In this document: piece after piece, positions 18,536-28,800 of the stretch | Layout: every line of letters starts with the position of its first letter | How positions within the stretch are numbered: position 1 is the stretch's first letter | Virus record (IMG/VR): IMGVR_UViG_3300023199_000094 | Span: 1-52,173 of that record | From: a virus | Lineage: Duplodnaviria; Caudoviricetes | DNA: 52,173 bases | Reading direction: 5' to 3' (one strand) | The notes under the pieces: model-generated | Told to the model about the DNA's origin: nothing | The model's database searches: none | What the model saw: only the letters and a program-made list of their open reading frames with translations | Position numbers and translations under genes: made by a program

Positions 18536-20355
18536 TACATTATGTTATTAGAGTTAAATGTATCCGTTAGAGTCTCTTGGCCGGGAGTTAAACCCGTACC
18601 GCCGGCCGTATCCAAAGGACTGTTAGCCTCCATACCAAAGTTTTCTTCCTGCTTAATCGCCATACCAAACGCCTCATCCGCCCCTGTCATATCTTCTTTA
18701 ATACGATCCATCTCTACGCTAATTTCATGATCGGATAAACCATCCACATCACGAAGCACGCGCTCAACAGAAATAGACTGCTGCCCTTGCAGTCTCTCCA
18801 GCAACATACGCTCATCCTGCGGTAGCGTTGGCTTAAATTTGATTTCAATATTCTTAGCTTTAAAAGCATCAAGGTTCAGAGACCCAGGTAGCACATCTCC
18901 CACTTCACGTTGGGAAGTAAGTACTTCATCTTCATCCTTGGTCGGGTCGTCAAGAACCTCCGAATCCGAATACCGCAACTCACCTGAAGCATGCAGCTGC
19001 ATAACATACACCCAAAGCAACCGTCTTAAAGCTGTTTTAAAATCTTTTTCTTTGCGGCGGACACGATTCAAAGTAGGTGTGAGGCGCATTTTATAAGCCA
19101 CACCTGACTCTGGTACCACTTGTTCGTGGTTAATAATCAAAGAACCGCTGATTTCTGCTAAAGTACAAAACATATTGACGTCATTTTTAAACTCGTCCGT
19201 AGCTTCCTGAAGCTGAGCATCCCACGTCAGGTATTCCGGTTTAAAATCAGCGTTCTCTGGAGATATGAATAGTACCTCGTCTCTGAAAGCACGGACCAGA
19301 ACTTCCCCAGTAAAGGGGTCTTTCTGTTGCATGTCCTCAGGGACGAGTAATTTAGGGTCGGCGTGGATGTTTAAGATACGAGAGCGTTGCGTACCCCTAA
19401 CGTTAATAGATAGCTGAAGTTCGGTCAGATCATCATAATCAGTAATAAATTGTTTCATAAATATCTGATTAGGGATGATCTGTAACAGAAAATCGTCAAT
19501 ACCCGTCTCTTGATGCGAAATGCCTTCCTCGTCAACAGGAGGCAGGTTATCGTCTAGCCACCGAGGATCTAAAACCAACAAAATAAAGTCATCTTTAACC
19601 GTATAGAGATAGTACTCAATGCGACCTCGATAGTGCCTCTCCTCAAAGATTATGCCGTCTGGCTGGTCTCCTTCATCGGGTTTATTAAACCCTAAATCCT
19701 CTAGTGTGTAGCCTTCCGGAAGACGAAGTTGGGACGGGTCAATATTTATCTTCTTGGCGACCCACTCAAACCTATCGTTGCTTCCAGATTTCCACTTATA
19801 GTAGAGCTCTTTTGGGTGGATAACAACAATATCGACACCGTCGTCATCCGTAACCACCTGCAAGCCTAACAGGCCCATTACGGACACTGCGGTGGCCCAG
19901 TCAGAAAAGTAGTCTGGTAAGCCTGCCTCATCGCGAATATAATCATCAATCTCCGAGATGCCGGTTAAAATCTCAACGCCGCCTCCCATCATAAGATCGA
20001 CATACGTCTTCGTAGCAAAACGTAAAAGATTATATTTCTTATAAAAGCTTTTACCAGTCTTCATCCACTCAGGGCGTAAGTGCTCTTCGTGCTCGCCCAT
20101 ATAATACGCAAAGTTCTTCTCATAGACAGACGCCCGTATCTTATCTGCGTCTGTGCGCCAGCGTATTTTATTCGCCTCGTCCTCATTGACATCGTCTTTT
20201 AGGAACTGACGGGCATATAAATCTCGCTCAGCTAGCCTATCTATGACATTCTGTGTGTACCGGCTTTTACTGATAGCGGTCTTAATCTGCGCTTCAAATA
20301 TATTGACAACGCCCGGCACGCCATACTGCGAAAACCCATTAGGACTTAGTGGCAT
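18535..20355 (-). CDS. Portal protein (SPP1 gp6-like)
   Basis: 606 aa; YYMGEH, YN..R.....Y.D, TDYDDL..LQ..IN, EYLTWDAQ and SGVA.K motifs; position between terminase and minor head gene. Confidence 0.9.
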   Translation of the reverse strand: MPLSPNGFSQYGVPGVVNIFEAQIKTAISKSRYTQNVIDRLAERDLYARQFLKDDVNEDEANKIRWRTDADKIRASVYEKNFAYYMGEHEEHLRPEWMKTGKSFYKKYNLLRFATKTYVDLMMGGGVEILTGISEIDDYIRDEAGLPDYFSDWATAVSVMGLLGLQVVTDDDGVDIVVIHPKELYYKWKSGSNDRFEWVAKKINIDPSQLRLPEGYTLEDLGFNKPDEGDQPDGIIFEERHYRGRIEYYLYTVKDDFILLVLDPRWLDDNLPPVDEEGISHQETGIDDFLLQIIPNQIFMKQFITDYDDLTELQLSINVRGTQRSRILNIHADPKLLVPEDMQQKDPFTGEVLVRAFRDEVLFISPENADFKPEYLTWDAQLQEATDEFKNDVNMFCTLAEISGSLIINHEQVVPESGVAYKMRLTPTLNRVRRKEKDFKTALRRLLWVYVMQLHASGELRYSDSEVLDDPTKDEDEVLTSQREVGDVLPGSLNLDAFKAKNIEIKFKPTLPQDERMLLERLQGQQSISVERVLRDVDGLSDHEISVEMDRIKEDMTGADEAFGMAIKQEENFGMEANSPLDTAGGTGLTPGQETLTDTFNSNNIM

Positions 20356-20372
20356 TTTATTCTCCTATGGCA

Positions 20373-20410
20373 CTTGGCTGGGGCGGGGCGAAAACCCCGC
20401 CCCAGCCAAG
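20373..20410 (-). promoter_or_regulatory. 16-bp perfect hairpin just upstream of the portal RBS
   Basis: CTTGGCTGGGGCGGGG-TTTTCG-CCCCGCCCCAGCCAAG; no U tract follows on the minus strand. Confidence 0.7.
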
Positions 20411-20436
20411 ACACCGTGCGTTTTAAACTAAAACTA

Positions 20437-20700
20437 TTACTCCGCTGGTTGAGGCGCTTGAGGCGCCGCTGGCGTTGATGGTCCCATATTGTCGGGGTTA
20501 ACGGCTTGACTTTGCTGAGCTTCTGTCAACTCCATCATCGCCCCGACACAACCAGAAATCTCATCCACACAAGTCATAATCTGGTTGAGCTCATCACCGG
20601 CGTACTCTTCTTGTGCTTTTTCACGCAAGGCGACAGTAATGTTACCAATCAAACGCATTAAATCTACCGTCCCTAGTTGTTGAATATCAAAACTTGGCAT
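20437..20700 (-). CDS. Hypothetical protein
   Basis: 87 aa, GGAGGA RBS. Confidence 0.75.
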   Translation of the reverse strand: MPSFDIQQLGTVDLMRLIGNITVALREKAQEEYAGDELNQIMTCVDEISGCVGAMMELTEAQQSQAVNPDNMGPSTPAAPQAPQPAE

Positions 20701-20708
20701 GTGTCCTC

Positions 20709-21869
20709 CTACTGATAGATGGGCGAATTGGACGGATCACCATTTAAGTCAAACGGTAAAATCAGCCACGGGTCAGGAGCAAACCCTGCCAGTGAATCGT
20801 CTTCTATAACATCGGCGCTAGTGACCAAGAGCACAGCGAACTCCCACCAATCAGAGGGATTTAGCGCCTCTTGGCTCAATCCAGACGGATCGCCGGCAGA
20901 GGGATCCACACCCGACGGGTCGTACTCTTTACCCACCACTTGCGTAACACCGACAGGCAATGTCACTGTGGCGCCATTGGCGAGCGACACACGCTGTATC
21001 GTCACACTCGGATTATCAGTGTCCTGTGTCTCCAACACGTCGACAACGGTATACGGCGAAGCCCCTTGTCGGATAGCCCGCTCATTATGCTGAGGGTCAT
21101 CCGAAAGGTTCTCAACAATATAAGCGTTGCGGCGCGGATACGCCACGGCCTGATCGACGTGAGTATCAAGCACTTGGTGGTTAAACCGCGTACTCTCAAC
21201 ATCTAGCGGCCAAGGCGACCCCACAGCAGGTTGGTCTGCCAACACATTGACGTCTACCAACGCCGAAGCACCGTTAGCAAACGTCAAAGTGTAGGTATTG
21301 ACAGCGCTCGGATCCGACGGGTCACCCGTCTCAACCGTATCGACATACACCACAATATACGGCCGCAGATACGACGCACCAACCGGAGCAGCAGCATCTT
21401 TATCAGCTATAAAGTCATAAGCACCGCCCCACCGTGTCGACGTCGGGATCACATTTCGATCCTCTAACGACCCCGGTACAGTACCCGGCCAATCGCCGGG
21501 GCTATCGACATAAAGAAGGTACATCGAAACGGTATCGCGCGAACGAATAGCAAAAATAGGACGCACAATACGCGAATCGCTCGGGTCAGGATCAGGGTTG
21601 CTCGGGTCGATGACATCTACCGAAAACGGGTGGGCATAAGCACCTACAATAGCACGACCCGTAAGATTCGGAATCTTAATGTCTTCAAACAACGGAATAG
21701 TCGCCGCCGAAGGATCCGGCGGCGATACGCGCACGCGCATCCGAAGAAGGCTGACCTGTAGCTTACCTAAAAAAGGTAAAAACTCTCTAATGTATAAGTC
21801 ATCACTATACTTTAGAGGAAAGTCACGATGGATTGCGCCGTCATGATCTAGAGGTAAAGGAGCTGGCAT
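20709..21869 (-). CDS. Acidic beta-rich protein with nine DPS motifs (putative virion protein)
   Basis: 386 aa, AGGAG RBS, between terminase and portal; 9 DPS and 2 NPS; internal repeat LTFANGA/VSLANGA. Confidence 0.75.
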   Translation of the reverse strand: MPAPLPLDHDGAIHRDFPLKYSDDLYIREFLPFLGKLQVSLLRMRVRVSPPDPSAATIPLFEDIKIPNLTGRAIVGAYAHPFSVDVIDPSNPDPDPSDSRIVRPIFAIRSRDTVSMYLLYVDSPGDWPGTVPGSLEDRNVIPTSTRWGGAYDFIADKDAAAPVGASYLRPYIVVYVDTVETGDPSDPSAVNTYTLTFANGASALVDVNVLADQPAVGSPWPLDVESTRFNHQVLDTHVDQAVAYPRRNAYIVENLSDDPQHNERAIRQGASPYTVVDVLETQDTDNPSVTIQRVSLANGATVTLPVGVTQVVGKEYDPSGVDPSAGDPSGLSQEALNPSDWWEFAVLLVTSADVIEDDSLAGFAPDPWLILPFDLNGDPSNSPIYQ

Positions 21870-21915
21870 ATCTTTTCTCCTGTGTTTTCGCGGACTAGTA
21901 CTTTACTTTATTAAA

Positions 21916-22245
21916 CTATCTGCCTTCGTCAACACCAACGTCAACTATACTTTCGCGTCCGCGAAATTGTAGTGGTGTATAGCCGTCTTTAGCACGAGCG
22001 CGATCTACTAAAGAAATAAGCTCATTTTCCCAATCTTTTACATCTTCGGCTAAAGACTTACGCACAACACCTAAAACACCCCATTTAAAAGCAAAACCAT
22101 AAAACTTAAGGCGTAGCGGAGTACCTTCTTCCGATTTACCGGGAGAATAATACTCATTAGAAAAACCTGCCGTAGTTCCCCAAACGACTCTTGGAAGCAC
22201 GTTTAAATATAACCAAACCAAAACTTTCATCACTTTAGCTTTCAT
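21916..22245 (-). CDS. Hypothetical protein
   Basis: 109 aa overlapping the terminase stop. Confidence 0.6.
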   Translation of the reverse strand: MKAKVMKVLVWLYLNVLPRVVWGTTAGFSNEYYSPGKSEEGTPLRLKFYGFAFKWGVLGVVRKSLAEDVKDWENELISLVDRARAKDGYTPLQFRGRESIVDVGVDEGR

Positions 22246-24079
22246 AAACCACCTGTTTTCTTGACTTTAAGTAATTTTCGACCGCAGGAAACGACTTCAA
22301 GTACTGTTCGTGAGCTTCTTGAACCGCGGGACCGTAATGGCCTTGATACGTATATCTTCTCTCTTCGCGTATTAACACAGAGTATGCGCGTTGAAGAGCG
22401 TCACAACCGTCATCGTACGATCCTTTAGGAAAGTCATTTAACTCGTCCATCAACCATTGTAAACGATTGTCCTGTGCAATAGACTGGTCTATTTTGTTAA
22501 TACGGCTACCTGCCGGAAAGAACAGCCGCCTCTGTTCCACCATAGGGGAGACACTGGCTAGACGCTGCTGTTTATCGACGGAAGTCTCTTCCCTAGGGTA
22601 GTACCTGAGATCAGTAATGCCAAACTGGTTAGCGAATTTTTTCAACCAGTACTGTATCGTGTGCTGGTAGGCCACGGTCTCGATCACAAACCCGAGATGC
22701 AGCCAACCGCCGTCCCCGTCCCTGAACTGCTGTCCCCACTTCAGCGCTTGGTTAATCATCATCATCACTTGTCGTTCAGGGGACGGTCTATCCCGCTCCG
22801 CGTCGAGTACGTAGTAACACCGTGTCGTAGGAGAGAAACCCATAGTCAATACGACAGTGTAGTCCGCGCTGTCTTTCTCACGGGTGTTCGGGTCTATAGA
22901 GGTAACCAACAATAAGTCTTTTGGCGGCGGTCGTAAACCTTGATGAAACATCTGCGTAGCGTGAGTCTGTGTAGCGGTATGGTCAATATACAGTTTAAAC
23001 CAGTCGTGTCGGAAGTACGACGCGTCATCATCACGAGGATTCAGTAAAAACTCACGCGCAAAAGCTAAAGACCCAATATTGTTTCGGCGTTGTAACAGCT
23101 TCTCAGCAGGCCATCTGTCAGGCCACAAAACCTCCGTTGGGTATCCTTTTTCATTAAGGATACAAGCGGGAGTTTTTCGTTTTACCCAACCATCAGTTTT
23201 ATCTTTGTTTTTCCACGTCCTCTCAAGTAAATCATCAAAATGAAGCACCGTACCTACAACTATGAGATCCCCTTTCTCAGAGTCCATCGCATTGAAGACG
23301 GTAGAAAACAACCATTCTTCCATTTCATCGCGAAGGTCTTTATTCTTAACATTTTTGTCATTAATTATGTCGTCTAGTACAACAAGATCAGGACGTTGCA
23401 GCCTGTTCAGTATGGTTATCTCGCCTTCCTCTGTCTCTACTTTTTCGGGTCTGTTGAAATTTAGTCCTCGAATCTGAGAGCCGGGCGAAAACACCTTAAT
23501 CTGCACACCATTAGCGGTAACAACATGCTCCTCGTCCCATTTCCCGCCAACTTCCCCACCCGCTGTGAACTTCTTAGGTTTACCTTGAAGCTCTCCAAAG
23601 TCTTTAATTATACGACTGTTACTAGAGAGCTCCGTCTTAATATTCCGCAAGAACTCCTTAGCCTGCTTCTGGGTATCTGAACAAATAACAATGTTTGATT
23701 TCTTGTTATAGCAGATGCACCACAGGGTGTGGGCAAAAGTGATAATAGTTGTTTTAGCGTGTTCGCGAGGAAACAGCCAAAGTATGCGTTTTCTAGTCTT
23801 CGAAGTCTGTAGTTCTTGACAGAGCTGGTAATGCGCCGGAGCAAACTTATTAGATAAATGAGCTTCGAGATAATGCCTAATGAAGTATATTAAAGAATTC
23901 TCGCCGAGTTCTTTATCGCTAACAGGCACCGCTTCTAACAGTGCTAATTGCCAAGCTTCTTCAGACCAACCCGCAGGTTTATCAAATTCTTCAAGACGTA
24001 AAATGTCCGCAAACTGCTCCGCAGAGTTTATCTCCGTTTCCTTGTCGTACTGTAGTGGGTCGTTCCAATAGTAAGTCAT
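22235..24079 (-). CDS. terL: Terminase large subunit
   Basis: Walker A PREHAKTT, Walker B RPDLVVLDD, VVGT coupling motif, nuclease SIDP...DYT and FPKGSYDDGCDA. Confidence 0.95.
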   Translation of the reverse strand: MTYYWNDPLQYDKETEINSAEQFADILRLEEFDKPAGWSEEAWQLALLEAVPVSDKELGENSLIYFIRHYLEAHLSNKFAPAHYQLCQELQTSKTRKRILWLFPREHAKTTIITFAHTLWCICYNKKSNIVICSDTQKQAKEFLRNIKTELSSNSRIIKDFGELQGKPKKFTAGGEVGGKWDEEHVVTANGVQIKVFSPGSQIRGLNFNRPEKVETEEGEITILNRLQRPDLVVLDDIINDKNVKNKDLRDEMEEWLFSTVFNAMDSEKGDLIVVGTVLHFDDLLERTWKNKDKTDGWVKRKTPACILNEKGYPTEVLWPDRWPAEKLLQRRNNIGSLAFAREFLLNPRDDDASYFRHDWFKLYIDHTATQTHATQMFHQGLRPPPKDLLLVTSIDPNTREKDSADYTVVLTMGFSPTTRCYYVLDAERDRPSPERQVMMMINQALKWGQQFRDGDGGWLHLGFVIETVAYQHTIQYWLKKFANQFGITDLRYYPREETSVDKQQRLASVSPMVEQRRLFFPAGSRINKIDQSIAQDNRLQWLMDELNDFPKGSYDDGCDALQRAYSVLIREERRYTYQGHYGPAVQEAHEQYLKSFPAVENYLKSRKQVVYES

Positions 24080-24083
24080 TAGA

Positions 24084-24746
24084 TCAATACATATCCATAC
24101 GGATACCTAAAAGATGTACATTTATAGACGCTGAAGGATTAGACGGATTAGAAGGATCTATATGCTGGATGTCTAAAACAGACATTAAAATAGCGGCTTG
24201 TTTAGTGTCCACAACATTTTGCAACTCTGTTGTCACATCCAAAAACATAAGAGTATCTTTAAGTAAATAAACATTTTCTATAATGATTTCGTCCGGTGTA
24301 AGAGCTAATTCATGAGTGTCGGCTACTTTATGGCAAAAATGTATATCTACTAGACACTCTTGGTCAGCTTGTAGACCTATAAAAGACGCTCTCATAAAGT
24401 CGTACTGCTGTAAATTCTCAATCGCTAAAAAGCCTTTACCTCCGTTGTTAATAATCGTAGTGGGCATACACCCTATGTTTGACGTCACAGGGTGAGATTG
24501 AAATGATATAAACTCTGCGTCATCGGGGTGAGTGTGGTGTTTTACTATTCGATCTAAATGTAAAATATCCGCTTCCGATAGCTCGTTAAGCATCGTGATT
24601 ATAACCTGCTTATTAGCTACGTCCCAAAACGGCAGTGCTATAATGTTTCGATCGCTTAGACAGGCATCGCGTGTGACTAAAAGGTAGAGAGACAGAGGGT
24701 CTATTCGTTTATCTTCAATTAAATTAAACGTATAGTTGACTGGCAT
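24084..24746 (-). CDS. Hypothetical protein with DPSNPSNPS motif
   Basis: 220 aa TGATG-coupled to the fibre gene. Confidence 0.7.
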   Translation of the reverse strand: MPVNYTFNLIEDKRIDPLSLYLLVTRDACLSDRNIIALPFWDVANKQVIITMLNELSEADILHLDRIVKHHTHPDDAEFISFQSHPVTSNIGCMPTTIINNGGKGFLAIENLQQYDFMRASFIGLQADQECLVDIHFCHKVADTHELALTPDEIIIENVYLLKDTLMFLDVTTELQNVVDTKQAAILMSVLDIQHIDPSNPSNPSASINVHLLGIRMDMY

Positions 24747-26929
24747 CAGACCGCCTCCGTTATGCGCTCGATAATAAACACTATATTAGAAGTAAACTGA
24801 TTACCCGAACCCGAAATACGACCCGCCAACAAGTCCATGGACATAGTACCAGAGGACGACGTTGACACTATGTAAGATATGGTGAAAGGTGTTTGGTCGT
24901 TTTTATCTTCAAACTCAATACCAACATAGTTATTTGGTGTGCCTTCAGGTAAAAGGTTAGGTGATGGTGTTGAGGTGCCTCCTAAATCCAATTGCCAGCC
25001 GTTACTAGACGCCACAGACGATGAGCGGGCCACAAAATGGCACGTAACGAGATAGTCACCCGCTTCAGGAATATCAGTGAATGTGTAAGAATACACTGTA
25101 GCCGGAGATGTCGCAACCGCATTAGACGTAAACTCACCTGGCTCAGCATGGACTCGTTTATAAGGTTCGTTGATAGTGACCTCATTCGTATCTTCCGTGA
25201 TACGCATGTTTTCACTAGTCGTAATACTCCTAAACTGTAAATCCGTACCGGTCTTTTGTTTAAAGACCCCAGCACCTGCACCTACACTCGACGCCGTCTG
25301 GACGGCCGTCCCATTATAAGCAATAGTCAAATCATTAGAATTGGTAGTGATGGATATATCACTACCACCAACTAAAGACCTAAACTCTAAATCTACCCCA
25401 GACTTCTGTTTAAAGACTTCGTTACCAACACCAATATTACTAGCGGTATTCGCTTCACCCGCACCGGCCGCAGAAGAAATCGTAATATCATCTGAGTTTT
25501 GTACCACAGTGATATTCGTACCTGCTAAAATAGTACGAAGTTCAAAATCTACCCCAGACTTCTGCTTAAAGACACCAGCACCAACGCCAACATTGGACAT
25601 GGTGTTGGTTTCGCCGAGCGTGCCGTTAAAAGCGATAATGACGTCGTCAGTATTCTCAGTAACAGAAATATCTGACCCCGCAACAATAGATCTAAACTCT
25701 AAATCGGCACCGACCTTTTGCTTAAACACATCAACACCAGCACCAACGTTGCTGGCAGTATTTGCCTCACCTGCCGCGGACGCATCAATAGTGATGTTGT
25801 TAGAGTTTTGCGTCAGGGTAATGTTCGACCCGCCGACTAGTGTCCTAAACTCTAAATCTACGCCAGTCTTTTGTTTAAAGACGTCAACACCCGCACCAAC
25901 ATTGCTGGCGGTGTTAGTCTCGCCGGAAGCCGAAGCTGAAATAGTAATTTCATCGGCGCCAAGAGCTAAACTAATATTCGTACCGGCAATTAATGTCCTA
26001 AACTGTAAATCCGTACCGGTCTTTTGTTTAAAGATAGGCTCACCTACACCTACACTCGACGCTGAGTTAGCCTCTGCAAGAGTGCTTATAACTAAGGTAT
26101 CTGGGGGTGTTGCAGACTCTGTTATTGTAATTAAACCAGTATTGAGAATGCTCTTAAATTGTAAATCAGAGCCGATTTTCTGTTCGAACAGTCCAAATCC
26201 TATACCTAGATTGCTGGCAGTGTTAATCTCACCTGCCGCGGACGCATCAATAGTAATATTGTCTACATTCTGCGTCAGGGTAATATTCGTACCGGCAATT
26301 AATGTCCTAAACTCTAAATCTACGCCAGTCTTTTGTTTAAAGACGTCAACACCCGCACCAACATTGCTGGCGGTGTTAGTCTCGCCGGAAGCCGAAGCTG
26401 AAATAGTAATATTGTCTACATTCTGCGTCAAAGAAATATTCGTACCGGCAATTAATGTCCTAAACTCTAAATTAGCAGCGGTTTTCTGCCTGAATACGTC
26501 AGCACCAGTACCGACGTTACTGGCAGTATTGATTTCGCCAGAAGCCGCGACCACATCAATAGAAACTGTGTCCGCATTTTGAGTAACAATAGCGTCATTC
26601 AGGCCAACCAGTGTCCTAAACTCTAAATCGGCACCAGTCTTTTGCTTAAAAACCTGACTCCCACCGCCAGTGTTACTGGCGGTGTTCGCCTCACCTGTAG
26701 ACCCTGTCGTCACATCAATTGTAATCGTATCGCCAACCTGAGTGACTATAGCATCATTCAAACCAACGATTGTTCGAAATTGAAAAGACGATCCAGATTT
26801 ATTTTTAAACAGCGGACTCCCACCGCCAATATTCACAGCACCGTCGACTAAAGGCAGACTAGCTGCTAACACTGCCCCTATAGCTGAGTCTATTTGAGGA
26901 CCTGTGTAAGGTCCTTGATATGTTGCCAT
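24746..26929 (-). CDS. Long repeat fibre protein (11 x ~51-aa repeats + C-terminal domain)
   Basis: Repeat consensus GE.NTASNVG.G.DVFKQK.G.DLEFRTL.AG.NI..TQN...ITI; ATG 26929 preferred because MATYQG..TG..IDSAI aligns with the paralog's N-terminus. Confidence 0.8.
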   Translation of the reverse strand: MATYQGPYTGPQIDSAIGAVLAASLPLVDGAVNIGGGSPLFKNKSGSSFQFRTIVGLNDAIVTQVGDTITIDVTTGSTGEANTASNTGGGSQVFKQKTGADLEFRTLVGLNDAIVTQNADTVSIDVVAASGEINTASNVGTGADVFRQKTAANLEFRTLIAGTNISLTQNVDNITISASASGETNTASNVGAGVDVFKQKTGVDLEFRTLIAGTNITLTQNVDNITIDASAAGEINTASNLGIGFGLFEQKIGSDLQFKSILNTGLITITESATPPDTLVISTLAEANSASSVGVGEPIFKQKTGTDLQFRTLIAGTNISLALGADEITISASASGETNTASNVGAGVDVFKQKTGVDLEFRTLVGGSNITLTQNSNNITIDASAAGEANTASNVGAGVDVFKQKVGADLEFRSIVAGSDISVTENTDDVIIAFNGTLGETNTMSNVGVGAGVFKQKSGVDFELRTILAGTNITVVQNSDDITISSAAGAGEANTASNIGVGNEVFKQKSGVDLEFRSLVGGSDISITTNSNDLTIAYNGTAVQTASSVGAGAGVFKQKTGTDLQFRSITTSENMRITEDTNEVTINEPYKRVHAEPGEFTSNAVATSPATVYSYTFTDIPEAGDYLVTCHFVARSSSVASSNGWQLDLGGTSTPSPNLLPEGTPNNYVGIEFEDKNDQTPFTISYIVSTSSSGTMSMDLLAGRISGSGNQFTSNIVFIIERITEAV

Positions 26930-26931
26930 GG

Positions 26932-27327
26932 TTAGCTCACCACAAGGTAGTAACAACCGTCCGTAAGAAGATAAGCCTCATTGCTCACGGTGCAGTATGT
27001 ATTATTTAGGGTACTCACGGGTACGACGTCTTCAATTGGCGGCGATACCCAACCTTTACGAGGCGCGCTGTCAGAGAGAAGCACAAACTCCACCATACCT
27101 GTCGAAATACGATGATATAAAAATACAATATCAGAAGCATCAAACTCTGGAGGTAGTTCTACATTATCTCGAAGAGCGCGCGCCCACGCATTGCGGTCTA
27201 CAACTCTAGTGTATCCATAAAGACGATAACCCGGGAGTGCTGCAATCGTTCTGGCAGGAAGTAATAGCCGATACACCGGCTGACTCTCGAAAAAATCTCC
27301 TGTTGGTCGGTAATCGAAGACAGTCAT
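26932..27327 (-). CDS. 131-aa fibre-associated protein (paralog A)
   Basis: Shares PTG..FE...VYR, FL.HRIS.GM.E.VLL.D.APR.GWVSPP with 28112-28507. Confidence 0.8.
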   Translation of the reverse strand: MTVFDYRPTGDFFESQPVYRLLLPARTIAALPGYRLYGYTRVVDRNAWARALRDNVELPPEFDASDIVFLYHRISTGMVEFVLLSDSAPRKGWVSPPIEDVVPVSTLNNTYCTVSNEAYLLTDGCYYLVVS

Positions 27328-27336
27328 CGTTTCCTC

Positions 27337-28110
27337 TTAATTGACTTTCTCAACAGTAATGATGATATCCTCCATGGTGTTTGTGTCACCGGCGTCAGTG
27401 TTAAATTTTAGGTCTAGCGTCACGTTGCCGGCAGATGACACCGTAAACAAGCCAATCAAAGAAACAGGCTGTATATCTATTGAGCTTGTCAGAACGTTAA
27501 GACCCGATGCTGGGGTCTGGGGCAGCGACGTAGGAGAGGGGTTGCTTGGGCCTGAGAGTGAAAGCAAATAGTTCTGACGCGAGTTGGTTGGCGAAGACGA
27601 CGCCAACCACCAAACAGTCACTAAATAATCACCAGACTCAGGTAAATTAAAAACTTCAGACACTGCAATGTCTGTAGGCGGATTATTCACATTCGTAGTA
27701 GAAGCTACTGCGTTATACCTTACCTCCTTAAAAAAACTGGTGGTGTTCGTGACTTCAATCGTATTAACGGTCGTGTTAAGAACTATTCCAGTGCCTGCGG
27801 TCAGTGTTCGAAAGTTTAACGTATCTCCAGTCTTATCTTTATAGATATTCGCTCCACCACCTACGTTGGCGCCAACTACGTCAGGGTAAGCTGGGGCGCT
27901 TATCGTAATTGTATCAGCGTTTTGCGTGACGGTTATAGGACCAGTAGATGTTAAGGTTCTAAACTCAAATAAATTGGAGTTTTTTTGCTTAAATAAAGCT
28001 TCTCCACCACCAACATTACTTCCGTTATTGACTAAAGGAGAGCCAGCTGTATTTACAGCTGTTACTGCTGAATCAATAACAGCGCCTTCGTGTATGCTTG
28101 CGTAAGCCAT
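27337..28110 (-). CDS. Short repeat fibre protein (2 repeats), paralog of 24746-26929
   Basis: NVGGG...FKQK....FEFRTL repeats; C-domain PESGDYLVT matches PEAGDYLVT. Confidence 0.8.
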   Translation of the reverse strand: MAYASIHEGAVIDSAVTAVNTAGSPLVNNGSNVGGGEALFKQKNSNLFEFRTLTSTGPITVTQNADTITISAPAYPDVVGANVGGGANIYKDKTGDTLNFRTLTAGTGIVLNTTVNTIEVTNTTSFFKEVRYNAVASTTNVNNPPTDIAVSEVFNLPESGDYLVTVWWLASSSPTNSRQNYLLSLSGPSNPSPTSLPQTPASGLNVLTSSIDIQPVSLIGLFTVSSAGNVTLDLKFNTDAGDTNTMEDIIITVEKVN

Positions 28111-28111
28111 T

Positions 28112-28507
28112 TTAGTCTGCGGTTAAGAATACTTCGCCTGATGCTGTTTCAAAAAACTGACCAGACGAAGTGACTAGTTGATTAACAGGAAACAACTCTC
28201 CTACCGCTTCGTTTGCCGGCGGTGAAACCCACCCTTCGCGCGGAGCGTCATCAAACAACAAAACATACTCCAACATTCCCGATGAAATCCTATGAAACAG
28301 AAATTTCAGTGGGGTGGGAGAGAAGTCAGGAATAAAGATGTATTTATTGATGTGAGTAGCCCAATTCGGTCCGTTTACAAACCGCGGCGCACCAAAGAGA
28401 CCGTAACACAGCTTCTCAAGGTCTTTGAGAGGGCATTTTACACGATATACCAACTCACCTTCAAAAACTTCGCCTGTTGGTGCGCTCTCAAAGTTATAAC
28501 CAGCCAT
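28112..28507 (-). CDS. 131-aa fibre-associated protein (paralog B)
   Basis: Clear paralog of 26932-27327, same length. Confidence 0.8.
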   Translation of the reverse strand: MAGYNFESAPTGEVFEGELVYRVKCPLKDLEKLCYGLFGAPRFVNGPNWATHINKYIFIPDFSPTPLKFLFHRISSGMLEYVLLFDDAPREGWVSPPANEAVGELFPVNQLVTSSGQFFETASGEVFLTAD

Positions 28508-28510
28508 TGT

Positions 28511-28783
28511 TTATCCCCTTTTATGGCTCGACAAGTACACGCAATCGTCAACCACCTCAAACAGCCAGATCGCATCAGCGTCGAGGTACCGCATCACAAC
28601 TGCTCCATCGTTGCCGATGCCGAATTCGTGCGGTGCGGGGGTCCCTCGCTCCCTTAGCCATTTCACCAGTCTCAACGACAAGGAAAGGTCACCTGGCTGC
28701 GGGTCGTCCTGATCCGCATTTGTGACCCACGCCCCGCCACGCCAGCCCTCAATCTGCGCAATCACGCGCTGCCAACTGGCCAT
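28511..28783 (-). CDS. Hypothetical protein
   Basis: 90 aa, GAGGGG RBS, visibly more GC-rich than neighbours. Confidence 0.65.
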   Translation of the reverse strand: MASWQRVIAQIEGWRGGAWVTNADQDDPQPGDLSLSLRLVKWLRERGTPAPHEFGIGNDGAVVMRYLDADAIWLFEVVDDCVYLSSHKRG

Positions 28784-28800
28784 TGTTTATTCCCCTCGTC

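Noticed and set aside
25341-26582. 413-aa plus-strand repeat ORF
   Set aside because: Antisense mirror of the fibre repeats
24746-28110. Possible diversity-generating retroelement (paralogous fibre C-termini)
   Set aside because: No reverse transcriptase in the window, and the paralogous ends differ broadly rather than only at adenines
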